Notes: generated from the letters alone by a model not told the origin. Positions 1-13,400 are shown, numbered from the stretch's first letter. The stretch is 64,000 bases of DNA from Macrostomum lignano (GCA_002269645.1 NIVC01003949.1:1-64000); one strand, 5' to 3'. Made by a program: numbers and translations.

Positions 1-533
1 TTTCAATAGTGTTAAAATGACTTAGTACATTTTGCGCTTTGCTAAAGAAAATATACATCCAAAAATTATTCCGAGTAGTAACGGTCAAAATAATAGTAGA
101 AAACAAAGGGTATATTAGTTACAAAGACTAGTTGGCAGTCTAAAGACGATATCAAGGAAGTCAACACGGGGTTCCAGATACACAGCCAGAAAATGTCTTC
201 ACACTTACTACATACTTCACAGGAATTTAATAAACATGTAAGGCATACGAGCCTATAATTTTCGATAAATATGAAACTATTTAATGGAGTTCGATTAGAT
301 GTTATAAGCAAAAGATAAATATAATACACCCTGTGCTTAAGAAATTATAGCAACTGATAGGCCACTAATACTTTAAAATCTATGCGTAATTATGGTTTTC
401 TATTTTTCTAGATTGGATTTGGGGGGGGGGGGAGGGTGCGATTCCTTTGCGTTGGCGACTGAACCTTTTTACTTTCACAGAACTATTTTTAGGTAAATAC
501 GGCGCTAATCAGAGCTTTTTTTGAAAATTGTCA

Positions 534-969
534 CGCATAAAAGTGGGGCAGTCACAATTTTTGATCACCGTCAATTAATGTGACCCTGCAATGTGACTGT
601 CAAATAAATGGTTACTCACGTAAACGTCAATGTGACTGTCAAAAAATTAAACGACCGTCATTTTCACTCCTGTGCGTTAGATTAGATTGATTTAAGAAAA
701 CATATAACGGCAAAAACAAACAACTTGATATAAGTGACGTTATATTTGAAGGTCACATAAGTGACCATTTATTTGATGATCACATTAGAGGGTCACGTAG
801 ATGGTCACATTGACGATCACATAAGTAGGCGTTTATTAGACGGTCACATAAGTGACCATATATTTGACGGTCACATTGAAAGATCACTTTGACGGTCACA
901 TGCGATACCGTTGTTTGAGTGTCGAAAAATTTTCGAAAAGTCGAAATGTGACCGCTACACTTTTATACG
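534..969. mobile_element. Foldback/MITE-like element with nested inverted arms and GTCAC/GTGAC subrepeats
   Basis: Outer arms 534-559 and 944-969 match 21/26 as an inverted repeat. Inner arms 589-616 and 851-878 match 25/28. Many GGTCACAT/ATGTGAC motifs. No TSD found. Confidence 0.6.
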
Positions 970-1074
970 GGCAGTTGAACACTTACTATCATATCTAGGT
1001 GCTTGAACAAAACAGAAATAATAAATAATAATCCTGAGAAATCATTATTATAAACTACACAGCGCTGAGCAAGT

Positions 1075-4000
1075 CTACTCCAGAGCAGGAGGAAACAGGC
1101 GCTCTTCAACGTATTTCAATTGCCACACTTTCCCTGCCAATCGCTGGAATCTCTCCGGCCCCATTATGTCGCGCAGAGCGTCTTCGACGTCGTCTGGATC
1201 GCGCGAAGCGTCGTCAAGAACTTCGTAGCAACGTCGCAACAGTTGCAGACCGAGCTGTTGAAGACAGTCGCGCCTCAGCTGCACCATACGGTCGCGCATT
1301 CGTCCAGTACGGCCCAGGGTCTCCTCTTTAGACTCGATCGGTCCGCATTCGCTGTCGTCGGCTTCGTTGTCAACCTCCGTCGGGTTTGACGCTGACGCAA
1401 GTCCGATGCCGCCGCTCCAGACCTCGGCGAAGCTGCCGCAGCAGCCGCGGCCACAGTCAGAGTCTGGTTCATGTGCTCCACTAAATCGGCCATCTCCGCG
1501 CCCTGCTGCTGCTCGCGATCGCCTGAATTGCTTCGGCTGCCACCGCCTCCGCCGCCGCCGCCGCTAGAGCCGTTTCTATCGGCGGTTTTATCAGACACTG
1601 GCGATTGAGATTTCTTCTGTCTCTTCTGCCGCTTCTCTGAGGCATCAGCCTCGTGCTCGCTGCTGTCTCTGCCGGCATCGTTGCCGACTGCCGCCGCCGC
1701 TGGCACGGAAGCTTTTGGCGAATCGCGTGGCTGAAAATTAGCAAATAAAGAAATCGCTTTTTATCTATTTTGGGGCTTGCAGCCTCGCGGTTAAGAGCGT
1801 CGAACTCACGACTGAAAAGGACCCACTCGGAACAGTTTGTGGTCCTTGAGCAAGACACTTAACTCTGCATTGCTTCAGTTCACTCAGCTGTAAAATGGGT
1901 GCCAGCATTAGCTGGGGTAATTGAGGGTGTGTGGCGACACCCCCCCCCATCCTTGGGCTGAACAGCCGTACGCAGTCTTTAAAGTACCTAAAGCGGTACC
2001 TAGGTAAAAAAGCGTCCCAGAGTTGTTGCAGGGAACACGGGTGAAACAGGAACGACTCTAAAACGACGAGATGTCAGAGTACAAATCGTTAGAGTCGCTT
2101 AAAAGTAAATTTGAAGCGTCGGTTTGTCTGCGACTCTGAAACGACCTTGGGGCGCTTCTATAATGAATCTGGGGGCCGTATAGTCCCCCATATAGAGTTA
2201 GAAACGCATCTTGAATTTATAACAACAGCTTTATTTAGTCTACTTGAGTTAGTAGAAATTTCAGCGCTAACACGATTCGCTAACTCTCTGGGATGCATGT
2301 ACAAAACTTCAAACAACTCACTGAAAGTCTCGGATTGGCCGTCTTCGGTCTCCTTTGCTTCTGTTTGAGCACTAACGACTGCAGATTAGAATACTGTTCA
2401 GAGTTGGTAAATGCTGAAATTTACAAATACGTGCCATTGAATTAGATTTTAAGGCATCAGATTCAAGGGAGATTATCATGTACAGATTTAAGGGAGATTA
2501 TCATGTACAGATTTAAGGGTATAATCATGTGCAGATTCAAGGTAGATTATCATGTACAGATTCAAGGGAGATTATCATGTACAGATTCAAGGGATATTAT
2601 CATGTACAGATTCAAGGGAGATTATCATGTACAGATTTAAGGGAGATTATCATGTACAGATTCAAGGGGTATAATCATGTGCAGATTCAAGGGGTATAAT
2701 CATGTGCAGATTCAAGGGGTATAATCATGTGCAGATTCAAGGGGTATAATCATGTGCAGATTCAAGGGGTATAATCATGTGCAGATTCAAGGGAGATTAT
2801 CATGTACAGATTCAAGGGGTATAATCATGTGCAGATTCAAGGGAGATTATCATGTACAGATTCTAGGGAGATTATCATGTACAGATTCAAGGGGGATTAT
2901 CATGTACAGATTCTAGGGAGATTATCATGTACAGATTCAAGGGAGATTATCATGTACAGTTTCAAGGGAGATTATCATGTACAGATTCAAGGGAGATTAT
3001 CATGTACAGATTCAAGGGAGATTATCATGTACAGATTCAAGGGTATAATCATGTGCAGATTCAAGGGAGACTATCATGTAAAAAACATGCTAAAATGGCG
3101 ACTCACCTGGCGAATTGAGCCCCAAATGTTCGCGACGCCTTCGACGAGCGGCCGTGTTAACTCTGGGCGAAGCTTCAACAACAGCTTTTACCGCGGATGG
3201 TGTCGCTGCTGCCGCAGCCGCCGCCGCCGCCGCAGACTCCGGCACAGCCTCAGCCTCGAGCTCCGAAGCTACCGACGAAGATTTTGGCAACTTCGGCGCT
3301 GGCGCCGGAGTCGATGGCGCCGAGGTGCACGACGAGGAGGAATTTCGTCTAGACGATGGAGACGAAAACGGAGGCATGGAAGGTTGCGGAGCCGGCGCTG
3401 CCGATGTCGGCGGTCGAGGAGGCCGTCGGACATGCTCCTGCTGGTGCTGCTGTCGTTGAAGTTGTTGCGCCGAAGATGGCGAAGGCGGCAGCGGCTGCCG
3501 GCTGGCACTGTTTGGCGCGATGCCAGGACGTCGCGTACTTTCTAGGAATAGTTGAATACTCCGACGAATGAACGGATCGCGCAGGATTCGATTCACGGAT
3601 GGTCGTTTCTCAGGACTGAGATTGAGCATGCTGCGCATGAGTTCAAGCAGTTCACTGCTGTACTGTGTAGGCATATCCGGTGTGCGACCTTTGAGAATCT
3701 TGTAGGACAATGAGCTGAAGTCTCTGGCGTTGAACGCGTGCTTTAGTGTGGCCATTTCGTACACGCAGCAGCCGAGAGCCCACACGTCCGACTGGGAATG
3801 GTAGGGTAGCATTTGGATTCTATTCTACCGGATATTGGAATTCCATTCTACCGGATATTGGAATTCTATTCTCTACCAGATATCGGAATTCTATTCTACC
3901 AGAAAGTGGAATTCTATTCTCTACCAGATATTGGAATTCTATTCTCTACCAGATATTGGAATTCTATTCTACCAGATATCAGACTACTATTCTACCGGAT

Positions 4001-4798
4001 ATTGGAATTCTATTCTACCGGATATTGGAATTCTATTCTACCGGATATTGGAATTCTATTCTACCGGATATCACACTACTATTCTACCGGATATTAGAAT
4101 TCTAAGACTTCTCAGATTTAGTATATTAGATTGTACCATATATAAGAGTTCCATTCTACTAGATTATTAAATCAATTCTATGATCAGTCTACTAGACTAA
4201 AGACTTTAGAATCAAGAATAGTCCTAAACAATAAACCAGCACAAACCTTGTGATTATAGGGCTTGTTAGAGAACAGCTCCGGGCTCATATAGTATGGTGT
4301 ACCAATAAGCGTCTTGGCCATATCATTGGATGAGTCCAGCACCCGAGCAATCCCAAGGTCGCCAACTTTGATAATTTTAGATCTTGTCAAAAAGATATTC
4401 TGAGTTTTTAAATCTCTGTGCAAAATGTTTCTCTCGTGCATGTATTGCAAAGCCATGGCAACCTGGACGAACCATTCCACTATTTGCCTCTCTGGCAGCG
4501 GTACACCTTTCTGCTCTTTAAGCTTCGTGTACACGTCGCCACCTTCGCAATAGGCCATCACAATGTAGAGGATACCCTCCAGTTCAAATGAGTCCCTATA
4601 GCCAACTATGTTGGGATGCTTCAACTGGGACAGCAGTTTGCACTCCTGCTCAGCACTCTTGCGCTCTTTCTGGCTAGCATTGACCAGGCTGATCTTCTTC
4701 AACACATACTGGCGCCTATCTTTCTGATGCTTGGACAGCCACACCTCTCCATAGCTGCCTTTCCCTATCTGCTTGATTAGCTGATACTCGCCAAGCAT
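1075..4798 (-). CDS. NEK4: NIMA-related Ser/Thr kinase NEK4; 4 exons: 4798-4247, 3791-3107, 2413-2322, 1730-1075 (frame break at ~1380-1460)
   Basis: Kinase motifs GKGSYGEV, HRDLKTQN, DLG and GTPYYMSPE. GT-AG junctions give NHK|SDVWALGC and consistent phases. EMADLVEHMNQTL and the C-terminal LGLQLLRRCYEVL...QLKYVEE match the NEK4 tail. Confidence 0.9.
1772..2011 (+). mobile_element. tRNA-derived CORE-SINE in Nek4 intron 3 (antisense to the gene)
   Basis: A-box-like head (AGCCTCGCGGTTAAGAGCG). CCTTGAGCAAGACACTTAAC...CAGCTGTAAAATGGG resembles the MIR/CORE domain. The B box appears lost; short A tail. Confidence 0.65.
2458..3080. repeat. 25-bp minisatellite (~25 copies) filling Nek4 intron 2
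   Basis: Unit ATTCAAGGGAGATTATCATGTACAG with a GGTATAATCATGTGCAG variant. Confidence 0.95.
3815..4105. repeat. 23/25-bp minisatellite in Nek4 intron 1
   Basis: Unit GATATTGGAATTCTATTCTACCG, ~12 copies. Confidence 0.95.
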
Positions 4799-6209
4799 GG
4801 ATTGAAGGCCTGCAAAAACAGTCGCTTGCAATTGATAGAAACTAATAATGATTTTATGGAAATCAGTTCTAGTTAGTCAAAAAATACAAATCAAATAAAA
4901 TACTAATACATGTATCTCGATCCTACTGTTTACATTGCTAAGCGTCTCTAACTCAAAAGACAGATTCATCAAATTTTAAAATTGATAGAATGGCATTTAG
5001 GATCCAACTTTAATTATTCAAAAATTCAAGTTAATTTAAATATGACCCACACAATGACAAAAATACTAAATAATAGCATAATATTTATTATATGCCTATA
5101 TGCCTATCAACAAAGAGGGGGTCATTTCATAAGCCAAAATTATACCATGTGTTGGACTTTGAATAAAAACAAATTTATATAGTATTATCCTATGGGTTTT
5201 ATCTTGTTTATTTTTTTGAGAAATTGCTATATAAAGGGCTCAAAAGGTAGAGTTGGACAATAAGTATGCTTAAAATTGTCATAAAGAAACAAAATGGGCT
5301 CAATCAACAATTATTGTACAATTTTACCACAGTTATAACTGTTTTACATCTGTTATTTGTCTTGTTTGGCATAGTAATATACTGAATAGCATCATTGTAT
5401 CATAAGTTAAGTTAGTTTTTAATCCATATGAAGTATATCAGCCTTGATTTTATCTTGCAGATAAGCAGTTTAATGAGTTTCAATCTGTTTTTAAGTATAT
5501 CAACCTAAATTTTATGATTCAAAGGAGGCAATTTGGTAAGTTTAATACTGATAGCATTGATGTTATTCCCAATTGAAAGTAAGGAAAGTAGCATGTAACT
5601 CTTTTTATATAAGGCCTCAATGCAAGCCCTTGATTTAATGAGTTAGACAAAATCAAAGGCCCTTTTTGATAAAGCAAAATAATATTATAACTAAAGCTTT
5701 CACCTTTCAAAGCCTTTTTATTTCCTATTGCTCTTAAGAAATAATATGAGCAAATATACCATAAACTCAATCAGGTGTTTTTGCTCTACTGTGGAACTGG
5801 ACTTAAGAAATGTCTAAAAGAAAGCCAAAGGAGCAAAAAGACATTTTAGTATCAAAAATGCAAGACAAGCAGCAATTTTGAATAAATAGGTAACTGGTTG
5901 GGCTATAAAAGATTCATATTAACCTATTAGCCTATATTGACAATTTCTATAATTGCAGGAAATTATACTTTGTATATATTTAAGCACATAGCAATACAAG
6001 ACTGGTGAGTATAAAAGTCCGAAACTTTTTGCTATCATGTAACAAAGGGAATTCACTAAAAACACTAAACAAGTCTGCTCAAACCTATTACTTGATTTCA
6101 ATATCAATTTCTATTTTAAATAAAATACAAAAATGTGTTACAAAGGTTACAAAGGGCATAAAGATACAGAAGGATTGTAGAAGAAAGACTGTATCTCCAT
6201 AGTGTTTTT

Positions 6210-6435
6210 AGGTATTGTGAAATTTAGGGCTTATGAAATTTAGGTCTTGTGAAATTTAGGGCTTATGAAATTTAGGTCTTGTGAAATTCTGTGCATGCCT
6301 TTTAGGTGTTATGAAATTTAGGTTTTGTGAAATCTGTTGCATTGCTTATTTTTGACATTGTGGAAATTAGGGTTTATGAAATATAAGTCTTATGAAAGGT
6401 TCTGGTTTTGACATTGTGAAAATTAGGGTTTGTGA
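6210..6435. repeat. Degenerate ~16-bp tandem repeat abutting the truncated old mariner
   Basis: TGAAATTTAGGGCTTA-like units. Confidence 0.8.
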
Positions 6436-6439
6436 AACA

Positions 6440-7405
6440 ATCCTTATCTGTTGAAGGTCTTGGCCTAGTGGATCCACAAATCTTGACAAGCAACCAGAAG
6501 TCTGTGCAGTTGCAATATATAAAGCTTGTCCTGCAAACTTACAATCAAGATCCTGCCATCTTTCTGTCTTGCTATGTGACTGGTGATAAGACATGGATCT
6601 ACTACCATGATCCCAAGTCAAAGGAGGAGTCAAAAAGCAGTGGCTACTAGTTGGCACACCTGCACCACTGAAAGCATGGACTGGATGCAGTACAGGCAAG
6701 AAAATGCTCACTATCTTTTGGGATGCCAAAGGTCCATTGCTGCTGGACTTTCTGCTACACAAGCAGACAGTCACAGGTACTTACTATGCCAATCTGATCA
6801 CCTGTCTACACAAGGCAATCAAGGAAAATTGATGGGAAATGCTGAGCCATGGTGTTGTGTTGCAGCATAACAACGCACCTGCACACTAGTGGGCTGGCAA
6901 AGGCAGCTGTCAATGTTGCAGGGTTCCAAGAGCTACCACACCCTACCTATTCACCAGAACTTGCCAAGCAACTTTTACCTATTTCTGCATCCCAAGCGAG
7001 CACTTCATTGGCCGCAATCTGACATGAATAAAGCCCTGAAGGATGCTGCAACCTCTTGGTTTAAGAGGTGCTCAAAGAAGTTCCTTTAGAGCAGCATCAA
7101 AGCATTGCGATCAAGATGTCACAAGTGCATCTTGGTCAAAGGAGACTATGTAAAAAACATACATGCGCAACCTTAGGAATCACTCGGCCGTTTCTATTGG
7201 CAACACACACATATAAGTTGCTATTGGCTGAGAGCAGTCACGTGACTATTATTCCATCCAATAGCAACTTACATGTGTGTGTGTTGCCAATAGAAACAGC
7301 CGGGTAAATCCATAGGTTGCACCCAAGCATGTAAAAAAAGCTGATTGGATTTGCCCCAATTCTCTTTCCTTTATACCAAGGCTCAGAACTTTTTAATGCC
7401 CCTTG
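6440..7405 (+). mobile_element. Old 5'-truncated mariner transposon (transposase pseudogene)
   Basis: Frame-broken motifs VTGDKTWIYYHDP, IFWDAKG, LQHNNAPAH and PTYSPELA. The right TIR (reverse complement CAAGGGGCATTAAAAAGTTC) is followed by TA at 7406-7407. Confidence 0.85.
7162..7331. mobile_element. 170-bp palindromic MITE with TA TSD inserted into the old mariner
   Basis: Arms GGCCGTTTCTATTGGCAACACACACATATAAGTTGCTATTGG and its near-perfect reverse complement. Central GTCACGTGAC. TA on both sides (7160-61, 7332-33). Confidence 0.85.
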
Positions 7406-7989
7406 TATATACGAGTGTATATGGCCTAGTTAAATAGTTTAGAAACTTAAATAAATTAAAATATATGAAAGGTAGGCCTTACTGCCCTAGGAATGGTCAG
7501 AAATTTTTCATAGATGATTCCGCATAGGAAATGACTAAACAAAAGAAATCAAATTTATTTATTTTTTTGTACCTATAAAAAAGATATGTCTCTGTCCCCT
7601 TGTCTATATTATCGATATTAGTATAAAATAAAATTGGCTGAATCTATATAACTAAATTCTAATTTAATTTATTGTTTTTTTCACTTATTTGTTTTATTTA
7701 TTTATTTACCAATTTATTGCTTTATCCTCACTCCTTTATTCTTTTCCTCATTTCCTTTTCTCCACCTTCTTTTTATATTTACTATCTATCACTCCCTTAC
7801 CTTCTATATTTATCTATCTTTCTACCTTGTCCCTTTATTCTTATTATATTCTTACCCTCTATAATCCTCTTTTCCTCTCCTTTCTCACCTTCTTTGCACC
7901 TTTTTATAACCTTCCTCTATTTTCCTATCCTCTTTCACCCTCTTCTTACCCTCTCTTTATCCTTCTCTTTTACTTTTAATTATTAGCTT

Positions 7990-10440
7990 TGGGATCCACA
8001 AAACCCTCATCCATCGACAACTCAAACTCAATTGCCGCAAGCAACAGGCCCTGCAGTCTCAACTCCAAGGCTTAAAGGACAGCCTCCAGCCAAAACTGGG
8101 CCTCACCACATTCTCAGTCCTGTGCCATCTTATCAACAAGAAGACTCGCCAGTGTGTCAACACAGAAAGGATCAAACTTGAGAAGAAGCTCCAAAACCTT
8201 TGGCTAGAGAAGCAGCATCATGCAAGCATTTCACAAGCTATTACCAACATCTCAAGCCGGAAACTGAGTCCATCTGAACAACATGCCCTTCAATATGGCC
8301 TCCAACATCCAATCCTCCCAACTAGGCTCAACAAAATGCACATCGCCGCCGACATTGAAGCCCTTGTGTGTAAGTGCCTCTCTCACAATAACACGGGGAG
8401 TCATGAGCCGCGCCAACTTCCTGACAATTTCAAAAGAAAGATCATGTTTGAATTTGAACAATTCTCTGCCAAGACCACTAACTTTTTATCCAACAAGAGA
8501 AATAAGCTGCTCCACCATACCCTCAAATAGCTCAACAAGTCTGACAACATAAAAATTGTCAATTATGACAAGGGCTATAGGGTTGCTTTCCTCAACACCA
8601 TTGACTACATCAATAAACTTAACAACATCCTTCTGGACTAGACCAAATTCCAATGTCTGGGATCGCATGATGACATCACGATGTCCCACCCTATCCTCAA
8701 ATCCGAACGCTCTCTTCAAAACTTTCTGCGCACCCACGTCAAACAACACATTGATGAAAAATCTTTAAATGCATCATCCCCAGTGGCAGCCAACTTGGTC
8801 AGCTTTATGGGGTCTGCAAGGTCCACAAACCTGACAAACCCCTCAGACCAATTGTCTCCATGATTCATACTGCTAAATATGAACTCGCCAAGTACTTGGA
8901 TTCCCTCATCAAGCCTTGCCTCTTGTCCAATTTCTCTATAAAATCTAACAGTGAATTTCTCTATGATCTTCAACAATTTAGTGCCGATACTCCTTGTTCT
9001 AACACGCTCTGTAGCTTTGATGTTGTTTCTCTTTTCACCAACATCCCCCTTGATCTTGCTGTCGACCTGGCTACTGAACTGGTTTATAAAGCCAACCCTC
9101 CCTCCATGACCAAGACCTTCAAAAAACTCCTCCGCTTCGCAACCTCTGGCATCTTTCTGTTTGATAATAAATACTACCGGCAAATTGATGGATGTGCCAT
9201 GGGCAGCCCCCTGGCCCCCACTCTGGCCAAGGTCTGTTTGTCCCACTGGGAAACCAACAACTGGATGTCTCTTGATTGTGCCCCCAAATTCTACAGGCAG
9301 TATGATGACGACACTTTTGCCATTTTCAACAACAGCACCAAAATCGAGTTCTTCCTTCAAGCTCTCAACTCTACTCATCTTAACATCAAATTCACCCTTG
9401 AAAAGGCTACTGACCAAAAGCTTCCATTCTTAGACCTAGACATTGACCTTAGCAGTGGAACTTTTTCTACTAAAGTCTTTCGCAAAAAAATGTTCACCAA
9501 CCTGATCCTTAACTTCCACGCTTTGTGCCCTAAAAATAGGAAATCTGGCCTCATCAGATGCATGCTCCATAGAGCTTTCATTGTCTGCAACACCTGGGCC
9601 AACTTTGACTAGGAATTAAGATCTCTCACCAAACTGCTTTGTCAAAACGGCTATCCGCAAGATTTCATCTATAGCATCACTCATAAGTTCATCTCTGAAA
9701 AGGTTACCAAACAGCAAATCACCAAAAATGACCACAAAGATCCCATTCTTGTCCTTCCTTTCTTTGGACATCCTTCTCTTTACTTCAAAAGCAAAATCAA
9801 GAAACTGTTTCAGCAATTGCTTAACTGCAACATCATAGTTGTTTTTCAGACTGCCAAAGTTGGTGATTTCATTGGCCGGTTAAAATTGTGTCTCCCGCGC
9901 TCTGCATGCTGGTGTCGTCTATTAATTCAACTGCTCTGTTGACCAGAGTGTCTCCTACGTGGGGAAAACTAAGACACCTATACACTAGAACCAGGGAGCA
10001 CTGGCTCAAACTGTCTGCTATACAAGATCACTTACTGCATTGTAGTAGCTACTCTAACTGCAGCCCAAACGAGCACTTTAAAAACATTGACCAATGTCAG
10101 TCGGACTTCAAACTTAGAATTCTTGAGGCCATGCACATAAAAGCCTAGTCACCTAGCCTAAACACACAACTCTAACATAGTGGCACGGGTCACCTACTCC
10201 GTGTCTTTTGATAAGAGAGAGTACTAGGTGTACATTCTTTCCGCCCTTGGACTTCACTCTGCTATATGGACTAGCTCATGTGTTCTCCAATATAGATTTG
10301 TTCAATAATTTTTCTTATTTTCTTGTTTACCTACAATCAACTCCACATATTTATTCGCAAAACCTGTTTAATTTTGTTGTTGAAAAAAATAAACCTGAAG
10401 ATGCACCTAGGAGTGTGAAACGCATCATTACTTACACTAT
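7990..10440 (+). mobile_element. Degenerate Penelope-like retroelement (RT + GIY-YIG endonuclease)
   Basis: RT motifs SFDVVSLFTNIP, QIDGCAMGSPLAP and YDDDTF (ORF 8860-9612). GVVY...YVGKT GIY-YIG remnant and LRILEAMHI at ~9900-10150. Multiple stops and frameshifts. Confidence 0.92.
10395..10426 (+). ncRNA. Hammerhead-ribozyme-like motif at the 3' end of Penelope (degenerate)
   Basis: CTGAAGA + stem II (GCAC/GTGT) + GAAAC GC ATC. PLEs are known to carry minimal hammerheads. The cleavage triplet is AUC and stem I pairs poorly. Confidence 0.55.
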
Positions 10441-13400
10441 GTTGATTTTTGGATTCATTAGCTTCTACCTTCTACTTTCCTCTACCAGCTCTTAACCTTT
10501 TCTACTATAATACCCCTTCTACCCTTCTTTACCTTGGTACCATTTCCTACCCTCTAACCTTTTTTATCCTCTTACATTTCTCTATTTTCTCCTGCCTTGC
10601 TTTACCTTTGTATTTTTTCTCTTCTACCAGCCTCTAGCTCTACCCCCCTTTCAACCAACTCCTATCCTCCTTTAGCCTCATACCCACCTCTACTTTTCTG
10701 CCCTCTTTTCTTACCCTCATACTCTCCTTTACCTTTTTCTTACTCTCTTCTCAACCCCCTACATTCTTCTACCCTTTTGCTCTCTATGATTTTCTATCAT
10801 CCTACTTTCCTCTACTAGCTCCTACCCTTATCTATTTTCCTCAACCCTCATATTCTCCTCTACCTTCATATTGTCTTCCACCCTCTTTTCTCTCTCTTCT
10901 CTCTTCTCTCCTAATGATATTTCAATTAGTTATATATTGATAGGACCAAAACAATCTTATTTTTTAGCTTTATGTACCTACACTGTAAAAAATGTGGCTG
11001 AGGAAGTGGCCAGATGTATTTTAGAAAAAGTGGCCGAAGATAATTATTTTACCAAAGAGAAATTTTTTCTCACAAAAGGCCATAGCTAAGTAAAAATATT
11101 TGTTTTTAATGAGTGCAACGTGTAATATAACATTTTAACCATGTACAATGAATATATAGCATCGAAAATAATATGTGGCCGAGAGTAAATAATTCAATAG
11201 TACGTTCTAATCTTAAATTTACAAAGAAACTCATAATGAACTGCAAAAAGAATACAAAGTTAACCACTATGGGCATAAAACTTTATAATATTCTTAAAAA
11301 ATTGCAGTCAAAAAGCAAAAAACTTGCTAAAAATAAAATTTACTTTACAAATTTGTTAATGTACTTGCGATTTAATTTGTGTTGACTTTTATCTGATCAA
11401 ACTACTAAAATAATTTTCAAGCGTTACAGCGCATTTACCCCTCAACTCAGCATATGCTCTGCTCTCGTGCTTTGCTCAGTTTCTTTGCAAATTGCAAGAA
11501 CTTCTGAATTAACTATTGACCCAGACTACTGAAATTAGGCCCTAACAACATTGTGACTTGTGTATATATTTTTATATTTGTATATATTTATAGACTACTT
11601 ACTTATTAACATAGGCCTAGATCACAGTATTTATTCAATTCTTGCCCTTGAGCCTTACCTTTTCTTGTGCTTCATTTTATTTTTATTCTTTGTAATTCAA
11701 CATATCATTGTCTAATTATTATTGTGTCTGCTTTTTTTAGTTTATTGTCTTTGTCTTTGTCTTATAATAATAGCCTTATTCTAAATCTTTGTAAACTAGG
11801 TCTACAGTATAAATTAACATGGCCCCAGAATTTTTTTTGCTTAAATTTAGCCTTGTAAGAATCCATTTTGCTTTGATTTTTTTAAGAATGTTTCCCTATA
11901 AATGTGGGAAAACATTTGAGCAAATGTCAGGTTTTGTCCACCATTCAAAGTACACCCCTTGTCTAGAAGAGCTTCAATTAGCAAACAGGTTTACTTGTCC
12001 CATTCAACATTGCAATTTAAGTAGTTCAACTAAAGCGGGTATACTTAAGCATTTATTAAGATTCCATAACAAGCCTTATGTAGCTGAAGAGACTGCCATT
12101 TTTTCAATTGAAGACAAACTAGATGACACTTCTGGCAAAATTAATTACTTAATAGACCCCAACTTTCCAAGGTCTATTAATGAAAAAAGTGATGCAACAA
12201 ATAATTATGATGACATATCAACTAAAAATGATGAAATCATAGAGGGAACTTATGGCTTCATTGATCAAAGTTCTTCTGAACTAAAAGAGGCTCTAAAGGA
12301 AAAGCTTGTACTTGATATAATTAAGTTTTTTTCTTTCTAGTAGAGATCTGCATTGTTTACCTAATAGACTTAGTCTTTCCTTGACTGACAATGTAAAAGA
12401 AATTATTTCAACCTTTAGTAACTTGTATAATGTTATGGCTACTCAGTTTTTAAAAGAAAATAATATTTCAACTGATATTATAGAATCAACTAGTAACTTT
12501 TTGGACTTTGATTCCTTTTTAACACTTGTTTTGATATTTTATTAAGTGATTATCAGCTTTTAAATTTTGTTAAAGCTAATTATCCTTTTGTAGAACCTGT
12601 TCAAACTTGTATTAACAATAAAAAAAATTATTATGTTTCAATTGGAGAAAGTATTCAAGCAGCATTCCAGAATCTTGACTTTCTTAATTTAGTTTTAGAA
12701 GGTTCTTTACAAGAAAAATCTACTTTTTTCACAAGCCCATACTTTCTAAATTATATTGCTCCACTTGTTGATAGTCCACTTGAAAATGCTATATATATAG
12801 GGCTTTATACTGATGAGTTTGAAGTTGCTAATCCAATTGGCAAAGCACGTTGTAAGCACAAAGTGTATGCAATTTACTTAAGAATTCTAAATGCACCATA
12901 TGAGGTTGCATCAAAAGACAAATGTTTTTTTTAGTTTGTTTGCTCAAATACAAAAGTCTATAAAGCAATGATCACTTTCCTCCACTTACTTTAAATGAAG
13001 TCTATGAGCCAATTATAGCAGAACTAAATAATTTATATGACTTAGGTATTGATATCAATAAGTATGGCCAAAAAATAAATGTCTCTATAATTGCTTGCTT
13101 TTGTACAGGCGATAATTTATCAATAAATAGCCTTCTTGGTCTTCAAACTAATTTTGCCTCAGGAAAGGTTGTTGATTTTGCTTTGCCAAGGCAACTGATT
13201 GTGACTTTTGTCTCATTGAAAATAAACTATTCCAAAGAAGTTCTGATTGGGAAATAGATGAAACTACAGGTATTTTAAAGGAATGTCCATTTTTAAGCCT
13301 TGGATATGCAACTATGCCTTACTTTTTTCCTCCAGACTTTTTTCACGACCTTTTAGAAGGAATTTCCCACTTTGTAGTTTGCTCTGTTCTTAAGTTTTTA

